A stretch of 64,000 bases of DNA from Bdellovibrionales bacterium (GTDB lineage Bacteria; Bdellovibrionota; Bdellovibrionia; Bdellovibrionales; JAGQZY01): the NCBI GenBank assembly GCA_964230645.1, contig CAXRHT010000002.1, forward strand, positions 224,001 to 288,000, in the 5' to 3' direction. Positions 17,637 through 27,922 of the stretch are shown here, in pieces. The position numbers were made by a program, and so were the translations under genes. The notes below the pieces were generated by a model. That model was not told the origin of the DNA. It saw nothing but the letters and a program-made list of their open reading frames with translations, and did no database searches. How positions within the stretch are numbered: the stretch's first letter is position 1; every line of letters begins with the position of its first letter.

Positions 17637-18956
17637 ATGTCCCTCAAGCTGTTTGGATCAGTCGGTGTTTTTATTATCCGTTTGAGCCTTCTAATACTAA
17701 TAGCCTTCCCCGCGATGGCACAAACCCGAGTCCTAGGACTCAATGAAGCTCTGGAACTTGCTAAAAAGAACAGTGAAGACCTGAAGCTAAAGAAAGTAGA
17801 CACTCAAAAACGGTCCCAACAGTACGATGAAGCCTTCGGTACCGTTCTTCCTCAGGTTTCTGTGGAAGCCAGCTACCAACGTTATTTCAAACAACCCGTA
17901 TTCTTTGGAAACCGTATTCCGATCCAAGACCAAGTCCAATCAGGTATCGTAGTTAACCAACTTTTATGGGCTTTCGGAAGAGTGGGAAGTTCTTTGGAAG
18001 CGGCAAAAGCGGCTGTTGAACTGGTCAAACACGAAAAAGAATACACACTGGTTCAAGTTGAGTATTCGACAAGGCTGGCTTACTACAGTGTCCTTTTCGC
18101 TAAAGACCAGCTCGAAGTGGCTAAGAAAAATTTAGAAAACTCCCAGGAAAACTTGCGAATTCTGGAAAGAAAATTTCGCGGTGGAAGACCCCCACAATCC
18201 GACTTATTAAGACTGCGCTCAGACATTGCCTCTCAAGCTCCAATGGTGCGAACAGCAAAGAGTCAGTACGATCAGGCTCGCATGACCTTAGCTCAAGTTT
18301 GTGGGCTCTCTGATTATGAAAATATCAAAATCAATACAGCTGACATTGATCGTATGACTCAACTCAGTCGCAATGCTCTGGCCAGTGAGCTCAAAAAAGA
18401 TCATCCCAAAATTAAACTTCTTAAAGAGCAAATTCATTATTCTGAAAAAGTAGCTGACTCTATGTCAGCGGCCAATTTACCAACGATAAATCTCACCGCA
18501 GGCTACAACTATGCCGGTGCTTCTACATCAACGATTGCCGGGGAGGACCTATTTGATTCCTCTTATGCCGCTTTGTCTCTACAGTGGAACTTATGGGATG
18601 GAGGATCAACTCGGGCGAAATACAAACAGTCTGTCTCCGATCGAATGGCGGCCGAATTGCAACTGGCCAAAGAAAAAGAGCAACTCAATTTATCCTTGAG
18701 CAAAAAGTTTAATGATTACGTTACCCTCAAGGAAAATCTTGATGAAACAAAAAGTGCTGTCAAATTGGCCGAGCGATCTTTTGCCATCTCTCAAAAAAGA
18801 TTCTCCTCAGGACAGACAGCCATTACCGAAATCAATACCAACCAATTTTCCCTCAACCAAATTCGCTTGAACCTTGCAAATATTCGCTATCAGCTTCTTA
18901 GCACTCATGCTGAAATTGAAATGATCGCTGGTCGCACCTCGGAGAACTCCCTATGA
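17637..18956 (+). CDS. TolC family outer membrane efflux protein
   Basis: Signal peptide; LNEALELA, LPQVS and LQWNLWDGG motifs; duplicated OEP architecture. Confidence 0.88.
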   Translation: MSLKLFGSVGVFIIRLSLLILIAFPAMAQTRVLGLNEALELAKKNSEDLKLKKVDTQKRSQQYDEAFGTVLPQVSVEASYQRYFKQPVFFGNRIPIQDQVQSGIVVNQLLWAFGRVGSSLEAAKAAVELVKHEKEYTLVQVEYSTRLAYYSVLFAKDQLEVAKKNLENSQENLRILERKFRGGRPPQSDLLRLRSDIASQAPMVRTAKSQYDQARMTLAQVCGLSDYENIKINTADIDRMTQLSRNALASELKKDHPKIKLLKEQIHYSEKVADSMSAANLPTINLTAGYNYAGASTSTIAGEDLFDSSYAALSLQWNLWDGGSTRAKYKQSVSDRMAAELQLAKEKEQLNLSLSKKFNDYVTLKENLDETKSAVKLAERSFAISQKRFSSGQTAITEINTNQFSLNQIRLNLANIRYQLLSTHAEIEMIAGRTSENSL

Positions 18957-19663
18957 AGAAAATAAATATTCTTAGAATTGTGATTTACCTGGGCCTGATG
19001 GCCGCTTTTGTCTTCTACATTCAAATTGAAAAACAAGAAGTTGTTGAAAGTCGGGCCCGCGAAGCCATCACCTTGATTGGTGAGAAAATGGAGCACGGCA
19101 CCCCCGTTGATGTTCAAGAAGTTCATTCTCGCTCCCTACCAGAAACCCTGCGAGTGAGTGTGACCGAACTTAATAGCGAGAGTAAAACTTTGACCTTTTA
19201 TTTTGATCGCTCTCAAAAAACAAAATTACGCCAGGGCCAAGAGGTTTTAAGTACAAATGAAGACAAAACGGTGGGAGAGCTTTCCTCGCTTTCAAATCGA
19301 CTTTCTTCCTCTCTGGGGCTTTATAAGGGAAAAATTAAACTTTCTGAAAAAGCGGATATGAACGATTTAAAATTAAAGTCCCTAGATGTGGTTGTTGGAA
19401 CGAAGAAAGGAAGCCTCGCTGTACCTATGGCGGCCATTCTATATGACCGAATGGATGGCCCCTATGTATGGATCAGTGATTCAGGTATTGCTAAAAAGCA
19501 AAAAGTGAACATTGGACAAAGTTACAATCTTGAGTCCGAAATTACCTCAGGGGTTGAAGAAGGCACGCGAGTTGTGATCAATGGTGCCAAAAAATTGGAA
19601 GCGGGCGAAAAACTAAGAGTGAGACGTTGTGTTGATTGTGCAGGAGTGGTGAAAAATGATTGA
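18953..19663 (+). CDS. Short RND membrane fusion (adaptor) protein
   Basis: N-terminal TM; LAVPMAAI..YVW..EITSGVEEGTRVVING C-terminal MFP motif; between tolC and the RND gene. Confidence 0.75.
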   Translation: MKKINILRIVIYLGLMAAFVFYIQIEKQEVVESRAREAITLIGEKMEHGTPVDVQEVHSRSLPETLRVSVTELNSESKTLTFYFDRSQKTKLRQGQEVLSTNEDKTVGELSSLSNRLSSSLGLYKGKIKLSEKADMNDLKLKSLDVVVGTKKGSLAVPMAAILYDRMDGPYVWISDSGIAKKQKVNIGQSYNLESEITSGVEEGTRVVINGAKKLEAGEKLRVRRCVDCAGVVKND

Positions 19664-22600
19664 ATTATCAGTAAAAAGACCGGTTACAACTCTAATCTTA
19701 ATTCTGGTTTTTGTCTTATTGGGGCTTGTTTCTTTTACAAACCTCAACGTGGAACAATCTCCTCGAATTGATTTTCCTCTGATTAGTGTGAATGTCACTT
19801 ATTTCGGTGCCTCTCCTGAAGAGATCGAAACTCAAATCATTAAGCCAATTGAAGACGCTATTGTCGAAGTCTCTGAAATTAAGAAGATTAAATCACGAGC
19901 CTTTGAAAACTTCGGTTATGTATTGATCGAATTTAATCTCTCAGCTGACGTAAACGTGAAATCATCAGAGGTAAAAGATAAGGTCGAGGCCATTGTCAAT
20001 GAATTACCTGACGGCATTGAGAAGCCAATCGTTGAAAGAATCGATCCCTTTGCCACCCCTGTGGTGAATATCGCACTGACTAGTGACAAGCATTCTCCAC
20101 GCGAGCTTTATGAGTACGCTGATAAAAACCTAAAGAATCAATTTACAAAAGTTTCTGGTGTGGGAGCGGTGGATCTTTTTGGGGGAGAAGAGCGTGAAAT
20201 AAAAGTAGAGGTTGATCCTGTGCAACTTCAAGCCAGGTATCTTTCGATCATGGATGTGGTCAGTGCTTTGAAATCACAAAATATCAACCTTCCGGCCGGA
20301 AAGATCGATAACAAAGTCACAACTTTTAGTGTGCGCTATGAAGGCGAATTTGAAGATGTTGAAGCTCTAAGAAAACTCACCTTAAAAAATAGGGACGGTG
20401 TCACCTTTACCCTAGGTGATGTGGCCCTTGTTTATGATGGTTCTAAAAAGATTGAAACGATTTCTCGTTTTAACGACAAGCCGGTTGTTTCAATGTCGGT
20501 AAAAAAGATTTCTGATGGTAACGAAATCAATGTGGCTCGAGGGGTTAAAGACATGATCCCTGAGATTGAAAAAACACTGCCTGAGGGGATGGACCTTGAG
20601 GTTTCCTTTGATGGTTCTAAAAAAATCGTCAGTGAAACCGAAAACACCATTCAAAGCATTATTTTAGGAGTTATTCTCACAGTTTTTATTCTCTTTATAT
20701 TCTCCGGAAACTTTCGTCTAACCATCATTGCCTCAGTGGTGATTCCATCTTCTCTGATCTCCGGCTTTCTGTTGATGGATTTTTCTGGCTTTACCATTAA
20801 CTTTATTTCCCTTCTCGCTATGGCCACAGCCCTTGGAACATTAATTGCCAACGCCATCGTTATCATCGAGGCCGTTCTTACCCAACTCCAAATGGGAAAA
20901 GATCCTCAAACAGCGGCCATCGATGGAACCAAAGAAGTTCTTGTGCCCGTTCTTGCCTCCTGTGGAACAAACCTTGTGGTGTTTACTCCTATTGCTTTTA
21001 TGGGAGGTATTGTCGGTCAATTTATGCTTCAGTTTGGAATGACTGTGGTTTATGCCACGCTTTTTTCTCTTCTCGCTTCTTTCACTTTAACACCCATGAT
21101 GTGTGGACTTTTGCTTAAACCAATAAAAAAAGGCGAGGAAAAACAGAATATCATAGTGAAGACGACCGATCGTGTGGTGGGTTTCTTTTTAAAAGAATAC
21201 CGAGTCCTTTTTAACCTTATGTTTAAACATCCTATCCTCTGGACACTTTTTATTATTGCTACAGTGATTGGTGGCTTTAAGCTGGCACCCTATGTAGGAA
21301 ACGAATTCATCCCTATTTCAGATGAGGACCGTATCGAAATTCTTCTAACCCTACCGCAAGGGTCGACTATTTGGGAGACCAGTGAGGCCTCAAAAGATGT
21401 GGAAGCCTTACTTAAAGATATTCCTGAGGTGGATTCACAGGTTGTGATCCTAGGAGAAAACGGTACTGAAAATGGACGAATCATAGTGAACCTCAAACCT
21501 TCCGAATCAAGAGAGCGAAGTGATGTGGATCTTATTGATCAACTCACTCCCCAGGTCGCAAAAATCCCCAATATGGAAGTGGAGTTTCGGCGAGGAGATG
21601 GCGGCGGGGGAGCGGAAGCCGATATCTCCCTTAACATCGTAGGCAAAAACTACGATGAGATGGTTGAGGTCTCAAAGAAAGTTATGAAGGAAATGAAAGC
21701 CTCCGGCTATTTTCGCTCACTCACGTCTTCTTATAAAAACCCGAGCTCTGAGCTGACCTTTATCCCAGATCTAAAAAAAATGGAGCAGTATGGTGTTAAT
21801 GGCTCCATCATCGGTGGCACGATCCGTACAGCGATTTATGGTGACGACACCAACGTCTTTCGAGAAGACGGGGAGGAGTATGATATTCGAGTGGAGATGA
21901 AAGAGAGCTACAAACAAACGGCTGATGCTTTTTCTAAAATCAATATTCTCACAAACTTTGGATTAGTACCCATCACCCAACTTGGAACGATCAAACGAAG
22001 TGCTGCCACGCCTAACCTCTGGCGCCGAGATCGAAACCGAATCATTCAAATCAACGGTTATTTGGCGAAATCAACAGCCGGGGTTGTGCAGGCTGAGCTT
22101 GAAAAAACTTTTAAAGATATGGATTTTGGTAAAGAAAACTCCTATATGTTTGTTGGAAACTCAGAAAGCCAAGAAGAAACAGGTAAAGAAATCGGAAAAG
22201 CCTTTGGGCTCGCTATTATTCTTACCTTTATGCTCCTTTGTGCGATCTTAAATTCCTTTGTGCACCCCTTTACGATCTCTTCTTCGATTATCACCTCTTA
22301 CGCAGGTGTCTTTTTACTTCTTTTCCTTGGGGGGTCTTCTATTAATATTGCCTCCATGCTCGGAATCGTCATGCTTGTGGGACTTGTGGTTAATAACGCT
22401 ATCCTTCTGATCGACCAAACCCAACAGATTGTTGACAATGGAGAGAAGGACTTAAAAGAAGCCCTCTGGAGGGGAGTGGAAGATAAATTTCGAGCCATTC
22501 TTATGACCTCAATTGCCATTGTTGCTGGTGTTCTCCCGCAGCTGTGGTCACCGGACCTAGCTAAAGCCTCTATGGGTTTTGTTATCGCTGGTGGAACTTT

Positions 22601-22694
22601 GGCTTCAATTGTTTATACCTTTTTACTGACTCCTATTGTCTACTATGCCTTAGAGAAAACTAGGACCTTTGTGATCCGTAAGGTGGTCTCATGA
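19656..22694 (+). CDS. RND (AcrB/AcrD/AcrF family) efflux permease
   Basis: SVKRPV, GASPEEIE, two large periplasmic loops, RAILMTS; 1012 aa. Confidence 0.92.
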   Translation: MIELSVKRPVTTLILILVFVLLGLVSFTNLNVEQSPRIDFPLISVNVTYFGASPEEIETQIIKPIEDAIVEVSEIKKIKSRAFENFGYVLIEFNLSADVNVKSSEVKDKVEAIVNELPDGIEKPIVERIDPFATPVVNIALTSDKHSPRELYEYADKNLKNQFTKVSGVGAVDLFGGEEREIKVEVDPVQLQARYLSIMDVVSALKSQNINLPAGKIDNKVTTFSVRYEGEFEDVEALRKLTLKNRDGVTFTLGDVALVYDGSKKIETISRFNDKPVVSMSVKKISDGNEINVARGVKDMIPEIEKTLPEGMDLEVSFDGSKKIVSETENTIQSIILGVILTVFILFIFSGNFRLTIIASVVIPSSLISGFLLMDFSGFTINFISLLAMATALGTLIANAIVIIEAVLTQLQMGKDPQTAAIDGTKEVLVPVLASCGTNLVVFTPIAFMGGIVGQFMLQFGMTVVYATLFSLLASFTLTPMMCGLLLKPIKKGEEKQNIIVKTTDRVVGFFLKEYRVLFNLMFKHPILWTLFIIATVIGGFKLAPYVGNEFIPISDEDRIEILLTLPQGSTIWETSEASKDVEALLKDIPEVDSQVVILGENGTENGRIIVNLKPSESRERSDVDLIDQLTPQVAKIPNMEVEFRRGDGGGGAEADISLNIVGKNYDEMVEVSKKVMKEMKASGYFRSLTSSYKNPSSELTFIPDLKKMEQYGVNGSIIGGTIRTAIYGDDTNVFREDGEEYDIRVEMKESYKQTADAFSKINILTNFGLVPITQLGTIKRSAATPNLWRRDRNRIIQINGYLAKSTAGVVQAELEKTFKDMDFGKENSYMFVGNSESQEETGKEIGKAFGLAIILTFMLLCAILNSFVHPFTISSSIITSYAGVFLLLFLGGSSINIASMLGIVMLVGLVVNNAILLIDQTQQIVDNGEKDLKEALWRGVEDKFRAILMTSIAIVAGVLPQLWSPDLAKASMGFVIAGGTLASIVYTFLLTPIVYYALEKTRTFVIRKVVS

Positions 22695-23323
22695 CAAAAG
22701 AAGCGAAGAATACCAAAGAGTTGATTATGGAAAAAGCTTCCGAACTTTTCGCTATGACAGGATTTCAGGGAACCTCCATTCGTGAAATCGCCCAGGTTTG
22801 CGATGTGAATGTGGCCTCGATTAATTATTACTTCGGTAGCAAACAGGGCCTTTATGTTGAAATTTCAAACCGCTCTTATGACTGGCTTGAAAACGGCTTA
22901 AGGGAGATTGGAGAGAAAACAGAGAAACTCGATGACTTTGTGGTGAAATCTTTTGAATTTATGATTTCAAAGCCTGAGGTGATTTGTACCTCTGTGCGCC
23001 TCATTCTCACCGACGGACTCGATGATCCCGAAAATAGTCATTGTCAATACAAAGGCTATAATGGTCCTCCCGGCTCAGAATTCTTTTATAAAATGATACA
23101 AAAAGAATTTGAAGACAATCTACCCGAAAAAGCCACTGACTTTCTGGTGAAAAACCTTTTCTCGCAAGTCATGCACTACGCCATGATTTACTCTTCTCCT
23201 CGTTTTGATGAAATGAAAAAGAAGGTGAGTGGACTGAGTAAGAAATCAATTTGTGAAAATTTGATGCATCACACCCGCGCTGTTACGGCCTATGTTAGTT
23301 CTAATAGAGAGATGAAGCTCTAG
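22691..23323 (+). CDS. TetR/AcrR family transcriptional regulator
   Basis: ELFAMTGFQGTSIREIA..VNVASINYYFGSKQGLY HTH. Confidence 0.92.
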   Translation: MTKEAKNTKELIMEKASELFAMTGFQGTSIREIAQVCDVNVASINYYFGSKQGLYVEISNRSYDWLENGLREIGEKTEKLDDFVVKSFEFMISKPEVICTSVRLILTDGLDDPENSHCQYKGYNGPPGSEFFYKMIQKEFEDNLPEKATDFLVKNLFSQVMHYAMIYSSPRFDEMKKKVSGLSKKSICENLMHHTRAVTAYVSSNREMKL

Positions 23324-23331
23324 AGAATTAT

Positions 23332-23544
23332 TGTCATCTTGGGGAAACACACTGTCATCCTGAGGAATCCCATTGTCATCCTGAGGAATCCCATTGTCAT
23401 CCTGAGGCGAAGCCGAAGGATCTATGGGCCCTCGTTCGATCCACGGTCCTACAGATCCTTCGGCTTCGCCTCAGGATGACATTTCCAAATCGTCTCAGGA
23501 TGACAGTGTGTTTCCTCAGGATGACATTGAGGCGCAAGACCACA
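23332..23544. repeat. REP-like cluster D: variant unit 23395-23481 with 21-bp tandem half-repeats
   Basis: TGTCATCCTGAGGCGAAGCCGAAGGATCT / AGATCCTTCGGCTTCGCCTCAGGATGACA perfect inverted termini; TGTCATC at 23332, 23353, 23374 and 23395. Confidence 0.9.
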
Positions 23545-23667
23545 TTAAAACCAAAGGGCTTTATTGTAATTTTTTTAAAAAAGTCAGCAGCCCTTACCAT
23601 CCCCTGATTTCACCTTTCCATTTTAACTTTGTTAATTTAGTGTCCGAATTTCTTTAGGGACAATGAA

Positions 23668-25290
23668 ATGACGATTGAGAATAAGCCGGGAAACTGGTGG
23701 AAAGGGGCCTCTCTTTACCAAGTTTACCCCCGTAGTTTTAAAGATAGTAATCAAGATGGCGTGGGTGACCTTAAAGGTCTGACCGAAAAACTTAATTATA
23801 TCGCCTCCCTTGGGGTGCAGGGTATCTGGCTAGGCCCTGTCTTTCAAAGTCCGATGGTGGACTTTGGCTATGACGTTTCTGATTATAAAAAAATCGACCC
23901 TCTCTTTGGAAGCGAAAACGATTTCGGCGAATTGGTGGAGGAGTGCCATAAACGGCAACTAAAAATTATTGCCGATCTTGTTTTAAGCCATACCTCTGAG
24001 CAACACTCTTGGTTCAAGCAAAGTGTGGAAAATCCCTTGGGCCCTTATGGTGATTGGTATGTGTGGAGTGATCCCGTTGACGGTGGAGAGCCCAATAACT
24101 GGCTTTCTGTTTTTGGAGGTTCGGCTTGGAGCTGGAATGAAAAAAGGCAGCAGTATTACCTACATAACTTTCTTAAAGAACAACCTGACCTTAATTTCCA
24201 TAACCCTCAAGTGAGAAAAGCCATTTTAGAGGTGGCCGAGTTTTGGCTCAATAGAGGCGTGGATGGTTTTAGACTTGATGCCTGCAACTGCTATTTTCAC
24301 GATGCTAGCCTTAAAAGCAACCCTGTGAGCCTTGAAAACACGGGCCACGTTCAAGATGAAAACAACCCCTACTTCAAACAAGTGCATATCTACGACAAAA
24401 GTCAGAAAGAAAACTATGACTTTATGGTGGAGCTTCGAAAACTCAGTGATCGCTATTCCAATCGCTTTTTAGTGGGTGAGGTTTTTTGTGACCGCGAAGT
24501 GGAGACCACAAAACTTTACACCGAAAATGCCTATCCTCTTCATTCTGCTTACAATTTCTCTCTCTTGCAAAATCAAAGAGAACCCGGCCTTTTTCGCTCC
24601 ACAGTCTCCACCTACTATAATATCTGCGAGGAGACCTCTTGGTCTTTATCCAATCACGATGTCACCAGAGTGGTCTCCCGCTGGAAAGATTCAAAAAACC
24701 TTGAGGACCGAGCAAAGTCCTATCTTACCCTATTGACCGGTTTACCGGGAATGATTTTTCTCTATCAAGGAGAAGAATTAGGACTGGAAGAAGCCAATTT
24801 GAGTTCTGAGTATCGTTTTGATCCTTTTGGTGAGAATATCGATAGCCCTTATCCTGGACGAGATGGCTGCAGAACACCTATTCCCTGGGTAGAGAATTCT
24901 CCTTTCTGTGGCTTTAGTGACAGCGAACCATGGTTGCCGATTGCAAAAAGCCATGAGTCACTAAATGTGCAGTCGCAACTAAAAGATCCTCACTCGGTTT
25001 TAAATTTTACTAAAACGTTATTGAAGTTCCGTAACGAAGAGCCTGTTTTTTCCAAAGGCAATATTCAATTTTGGTGTGATGATGAAAGTCTTTTGGCTTA
25101 CTCACGCAGCTTTGAGGGAAAAACCTATTTGGTTCTTTCTTCTTTTGCAACCAAAGAGCTTCGTCTTAAAGATGTGGAGGTTGTTAAAATAAAAACCGAA
25201 TTAAGTGCTGGTATTGAGTTGGACGAAAAGGGCACTCTTACTTTAAAACCGGGTGCCTTCGGGGTCGTCGCCATCGGAAGAGTGCGGTAA
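23668..25290 (+). CDS. GH13 alpha-glucosidase
   Basis: YQVYPRSF, DFGYDVSDY, DGFRLDA, VGE, SNHD, YQGEELG and GRDGCRTP motifs. Confidence 0.92.
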   Translation: MTIENKPGNWWKGASLYQVYPRSFKDSNQDGVGDLKGLTEKLNYIASLGVQGIWLGPVFQSPMVDFGYDVSDYKKIDPLFGSENDFGELVEECHKRQLKIIADLVLSHTSEQHSWFKQSVENPLGPYGDWYVWSDPVDGGEPNNWLSVFGGSAWSWNEKRQQYYLHNFLKEQPDLNFHNPQVRKAILEVAEFWLNRGVDGFRLDACNCYFHDASLKSNPVSLENTGHVQDENNPYFKQVHIYDKSQKENYDFMVELRKLSDRYSNRFLVGEVFCDREVETTKLYTENAYPLHSAYNFSLLQNQREPGLFRSTVSTYYNICEETSWSLSNHDVTRVVSRWKDSKNLEDRAKSYLTLLTGLPGMIFLYQGEELGLEEANLSSEYRFDPFGENIDSPYPGRDGCRTPIPWVENSPFCGFSDSEPWLPIAKSHESLNVQSQLKDPHSVLNFTKTLLKFRNEEPVFSKGNIQFWCDDESLLAYSRSFEGKTYLVLSSFATKELRLKDVEVVKIKTELSAGIELDEKGTLTLKPGAFGVVAIGRVR

Positions 25291-26837
25291 TGGCGTTTTT
25301 TGACCTCTCTGTTATCGCTATTTATTTTGTTGTCGTCTTTCTTATCGGTGTTTGGGTTTCACGCTCTCTTGAAACATCTGAAGATCTCTTTTTAGCAGGA
25401 AGATCCCTTCCTTGGCCGGCTATTGGCTTTTCCCTTTTTGCCTCGAACATATCAAGCTCCACTATGATTGGCCTTGCGGGAGCGGCCTACTCCACAGGAA
25501 TCGCAGTGGCCAACTATGAATGGATGGCCTCCTTTGTACTTTTGGTCATGGCCTTTTTCTTTATACCTGTTTTTTTGCGCGCAAAAATCACCACTCTCCC
25601 TGAACTTCTAGAAAGACAGTTTGAGCGCAGAGCCCGAGTCTACTACTCATTGATTACTATTTTACTAAGTATCATTGTGGATACGGCGGGTGGGCTCTAT
25701 GCGGGATCACTGGCATTGAAAGTGTTCTTTCCTGATCTTCCCATTTGGCAGACCTGTGTGGCTCTCGCTCTTTTCGCAGGACTTTACACAGCGATCGGAG
25801 GGCTCAAAGCTGTTGTGTATACTGACTTTATTCAGGCCATTGTTTTACTTGTTGGCTCCTTTGTTCTTACATTTCTTGTTTTCCAAAGGCTCGATTTTTC
25901 CTGGGCCAGTGTTTTAAGCTCTGTTCCTCCCAACCATTTATCTTTGTTTCGTCCACTCGATGACCCGCATCTACCATGGCTTGGAACGATTTTTGGCCTT
26001 CCTGTTTTAGGGTTTTGGTACTGGTCGACCAATCAATACATCACTCAAAGAATCCTCGCGGCTAAAGACACTGAAAACGCCCGTTGGGGTGCCGTACTTG
26101 GTGGCTCCCTAAAACTTATTCCTCTGTTCACTATGGTTTTGCCAGGAGTAATGGCCATTCAACTTTTTCCCGACCTTCCTCATCCCGATATGGTCTATCC
26201 CACCTTAATAAAAGAAATTCTCCCTGTGGGTCTGACCGGTCTTGTGGTGGCAGGCCTGATTGCCGCCATTATGTCGAGCGTGGACTCAACTCTTAACTCA
26301 GCCTCCACCCTTGTTATTCATGATTTTGTGCTTCCCGCAAAACCTGGCATCTCCTCAGTTCAACTTTTAAGACTCAGTCGACTGGCCACAATCTTCTTTA
26401 TGGTGGTCGCAGCCCTTTGGGCTCCTTTTATAGGTGAGCTGGGTGGACTTTATTTTTATTTGCAGCAGTCTTTTTCAATTTTAGTTCCACCGGTTGTTGT
26501 TCTTTTCGTTATGGGTGTTTTTTCGAATAGAAAGGCCTATGGACTTGGCTTTTCCACCTTAGCCTTTGGACACTCTCTGGGTCTCCTATTTTTTCTACTG
26601 AATCAATTTGATTTAATAACTATTCACTTTAGTATTTCAGCTGGAATAGTGACGATTTTAAGTTTTGCGTTTTTCTTTTTATTAAGTGAGGCATCAGAAA
26701 CCCCTAAAGACAAAGACTTACGTTTTTATAAAGAAGACATTCTACCCACTAAAGAGGTGGCCTTTTATCAAGACTACCGCCTCTATGCACTGGTAACCTT
26801 TGTGCTTTTATCATTGATTGTGATTTACTTTCGGTAG
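25290..26837 (+). CDS. Sodium:solute (SSS/SGLT-like) symporter
   Basis: FLAGRSL, SLFASNISS, GGLKAVVYTD, WYWSTNQYITQR and AAIMSS motifs. Confidence 0.92.
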   Translation: MAFFDLSVIAIYFVVVFLIGVWVSRSLETSEDLFLAGRSLPWPAIGFSLFASNISSSTMIGLAGAAYSTGIAVANYEWMASFVLLVMAFFFIPVFLRAKITTLPELLERQFERRARVYYSLITILLSIIVDTAGGLYAGSLALKVFFPDLPIWQTCVALALFAGLYTAIGGLKAVVYTDFIQAIVLLVGSFVLTFLVFQRLDFSWASVLSSVPPNHLSLFRPLDDPHLPWLGTIFGLPVLGFWYWSTNQYITQRILAAKDTENARWGAVLGGSLKLIPLFTMVLPGVMAIQLFPDLPHPDMVYPTLIKEILPVGLTGLVVAGLIAAIMSSVDSTLNSASTLVIHDFVLPAKPGISSVQLLRLSRLATIFFMVVAALWAPFIGELGGLYFYLQQSFSILVPPVVVLFVMGVFSNRKAYGLGFSTLAFGHSLGLLFFLLNQFDLITIHFSISAGIVTILSFAFFFLLSEASETPKDKDLRFYKEDILPTKEVAFYQDYRLYALVTFVLLSLIVIYFR

Positions 26838-26849
26838 GGGATAAGACAA

Positions 26850-27794
26850 ATGAGCGTTGAAAGTAAAATTTTATCTATAGACATAGGGGGCACTAAAATT
26901 CGTGCCGGACTTTTCTATAATAACAACCTAGAGTCAGTAAAAAGCATCCCCACTCCGCAAGGAACGACCTCAGAGTTTCTGGGAGGGCTTGTTTCTTTTT
27001 TGCAGAATAGCTATGACATCAAAGCGATTGATCTTGTTTCCATTGCTTCAGCGGGTCCCGTTGATACTCAGAACGGGGTCCTTCTTAATCCAGCCAATAT
27101 CGGTGATGGCTCTGAAAGCTGGGGCTTTTTCGAACTAAAGCAAAACCTACAAGCCATTCTTGATAAGCCGGTCCTTGTGGAAAATGACGCCGCCATGACC
27201 GCCTACGGTTATTTTTTTGAAAACCAGAAACAAAATTCTAATTTCGTGATGATGACTCTTGGTACGGGCGTGGGAGTTGGCACGATTATTTATGGAAAGT
27301 TACAAAAATCCGCAAAAGGAATGCATCCAGAGCTTGGACATTTAGTTTTAAGAGAATCCCATGAAGAGAATCTCGGACAGGTGAAAGGTTATGAAACGGT
27401 TGAAACCTGTCTTTCCGGCTTCCATTTTTCTAGACGGGTAGGACAAGAAACAAAACAAAAGCTTAATGGGGAAGACTTGATTGCTTTGAGTTCAAAAGAC
27501 CCTCAAACCTATACCCCATTCTGGGAGCAGTACGCTAAAGATATGGCAGCCTTTTGGTGTAATCTGACCCACATTTATTATCCCGAGAAATTTGTTCTCG
27601 GAGGAGGATTTATCAAAGGAGCTCAAGAATTTTTTCTTAGTAAGTCTGTCGATTATTATAAAAGGTATCTGCAAAAATCTCAGCACTCAAATCCATCCTT
27701 GCCCGCGATCGAAGTGGTCAAAAATCTTGACGAACTCCCTCTGCTTGGAGCGGCGGCTTGGGCTCTAAAAAATCAAAAAAATACAAGCCTTTAG
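26850..27794 (+). CDS. ROK family sugar kinase
   Basis: DIGGTK, VENDA, TLGTGVG and ELGH motifs. Confidence 0.88.
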   Translation: MSVESKILSIDIGGTKIRAGLFYNNNLESVKSIPTPQGTTSEFLGGLVSFLQNSYDIKAIDLVSIASAGPVDTQNGVLLNPANIGDGSESWGFFELKQNLQAILDKPVLVENDAAMTAYGYFFENQKQNSNFVMMTLGTGVGVGTIIYGKLQKSAKGMHPELGHLVLRESHEENLGQVKGYETVETCLSGFHFSRRVGQETKQKLNGEDLIALSSKDPQTYTPFWEQYAKDMAAFWCNLTHIYYPEKFVLGGGFIKGAQEFFLSKSVDYYKRYLQKSQHSNPSLPAIEVVKNLDELPLLGAAAWALKNQKNTSL

Positions 27795-27888
27795 CCGAAA
27801 TGATTAAAACCACCAGCAAGATTCATCTCTAATTTCTCACTACGAGACAACGACAAAGAAATATTCAACAGAATCCAGGGCATAAGCT

Positions 27889-27915
27889 TAAAACTAGTAG
27901 GTGAAAAACCGATAA
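27889..27915 (+). promoter_or_regulatory. Sigma28 (FliA)-like promoter TAAA-N15-ACCGATAA
   Basis: One mismatch to TAAA-N15-GCCGATAA, ending 7 nt before ATG 27923. Confidence 0.6.
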
Positions 27916-27922
27916 AAGTACC

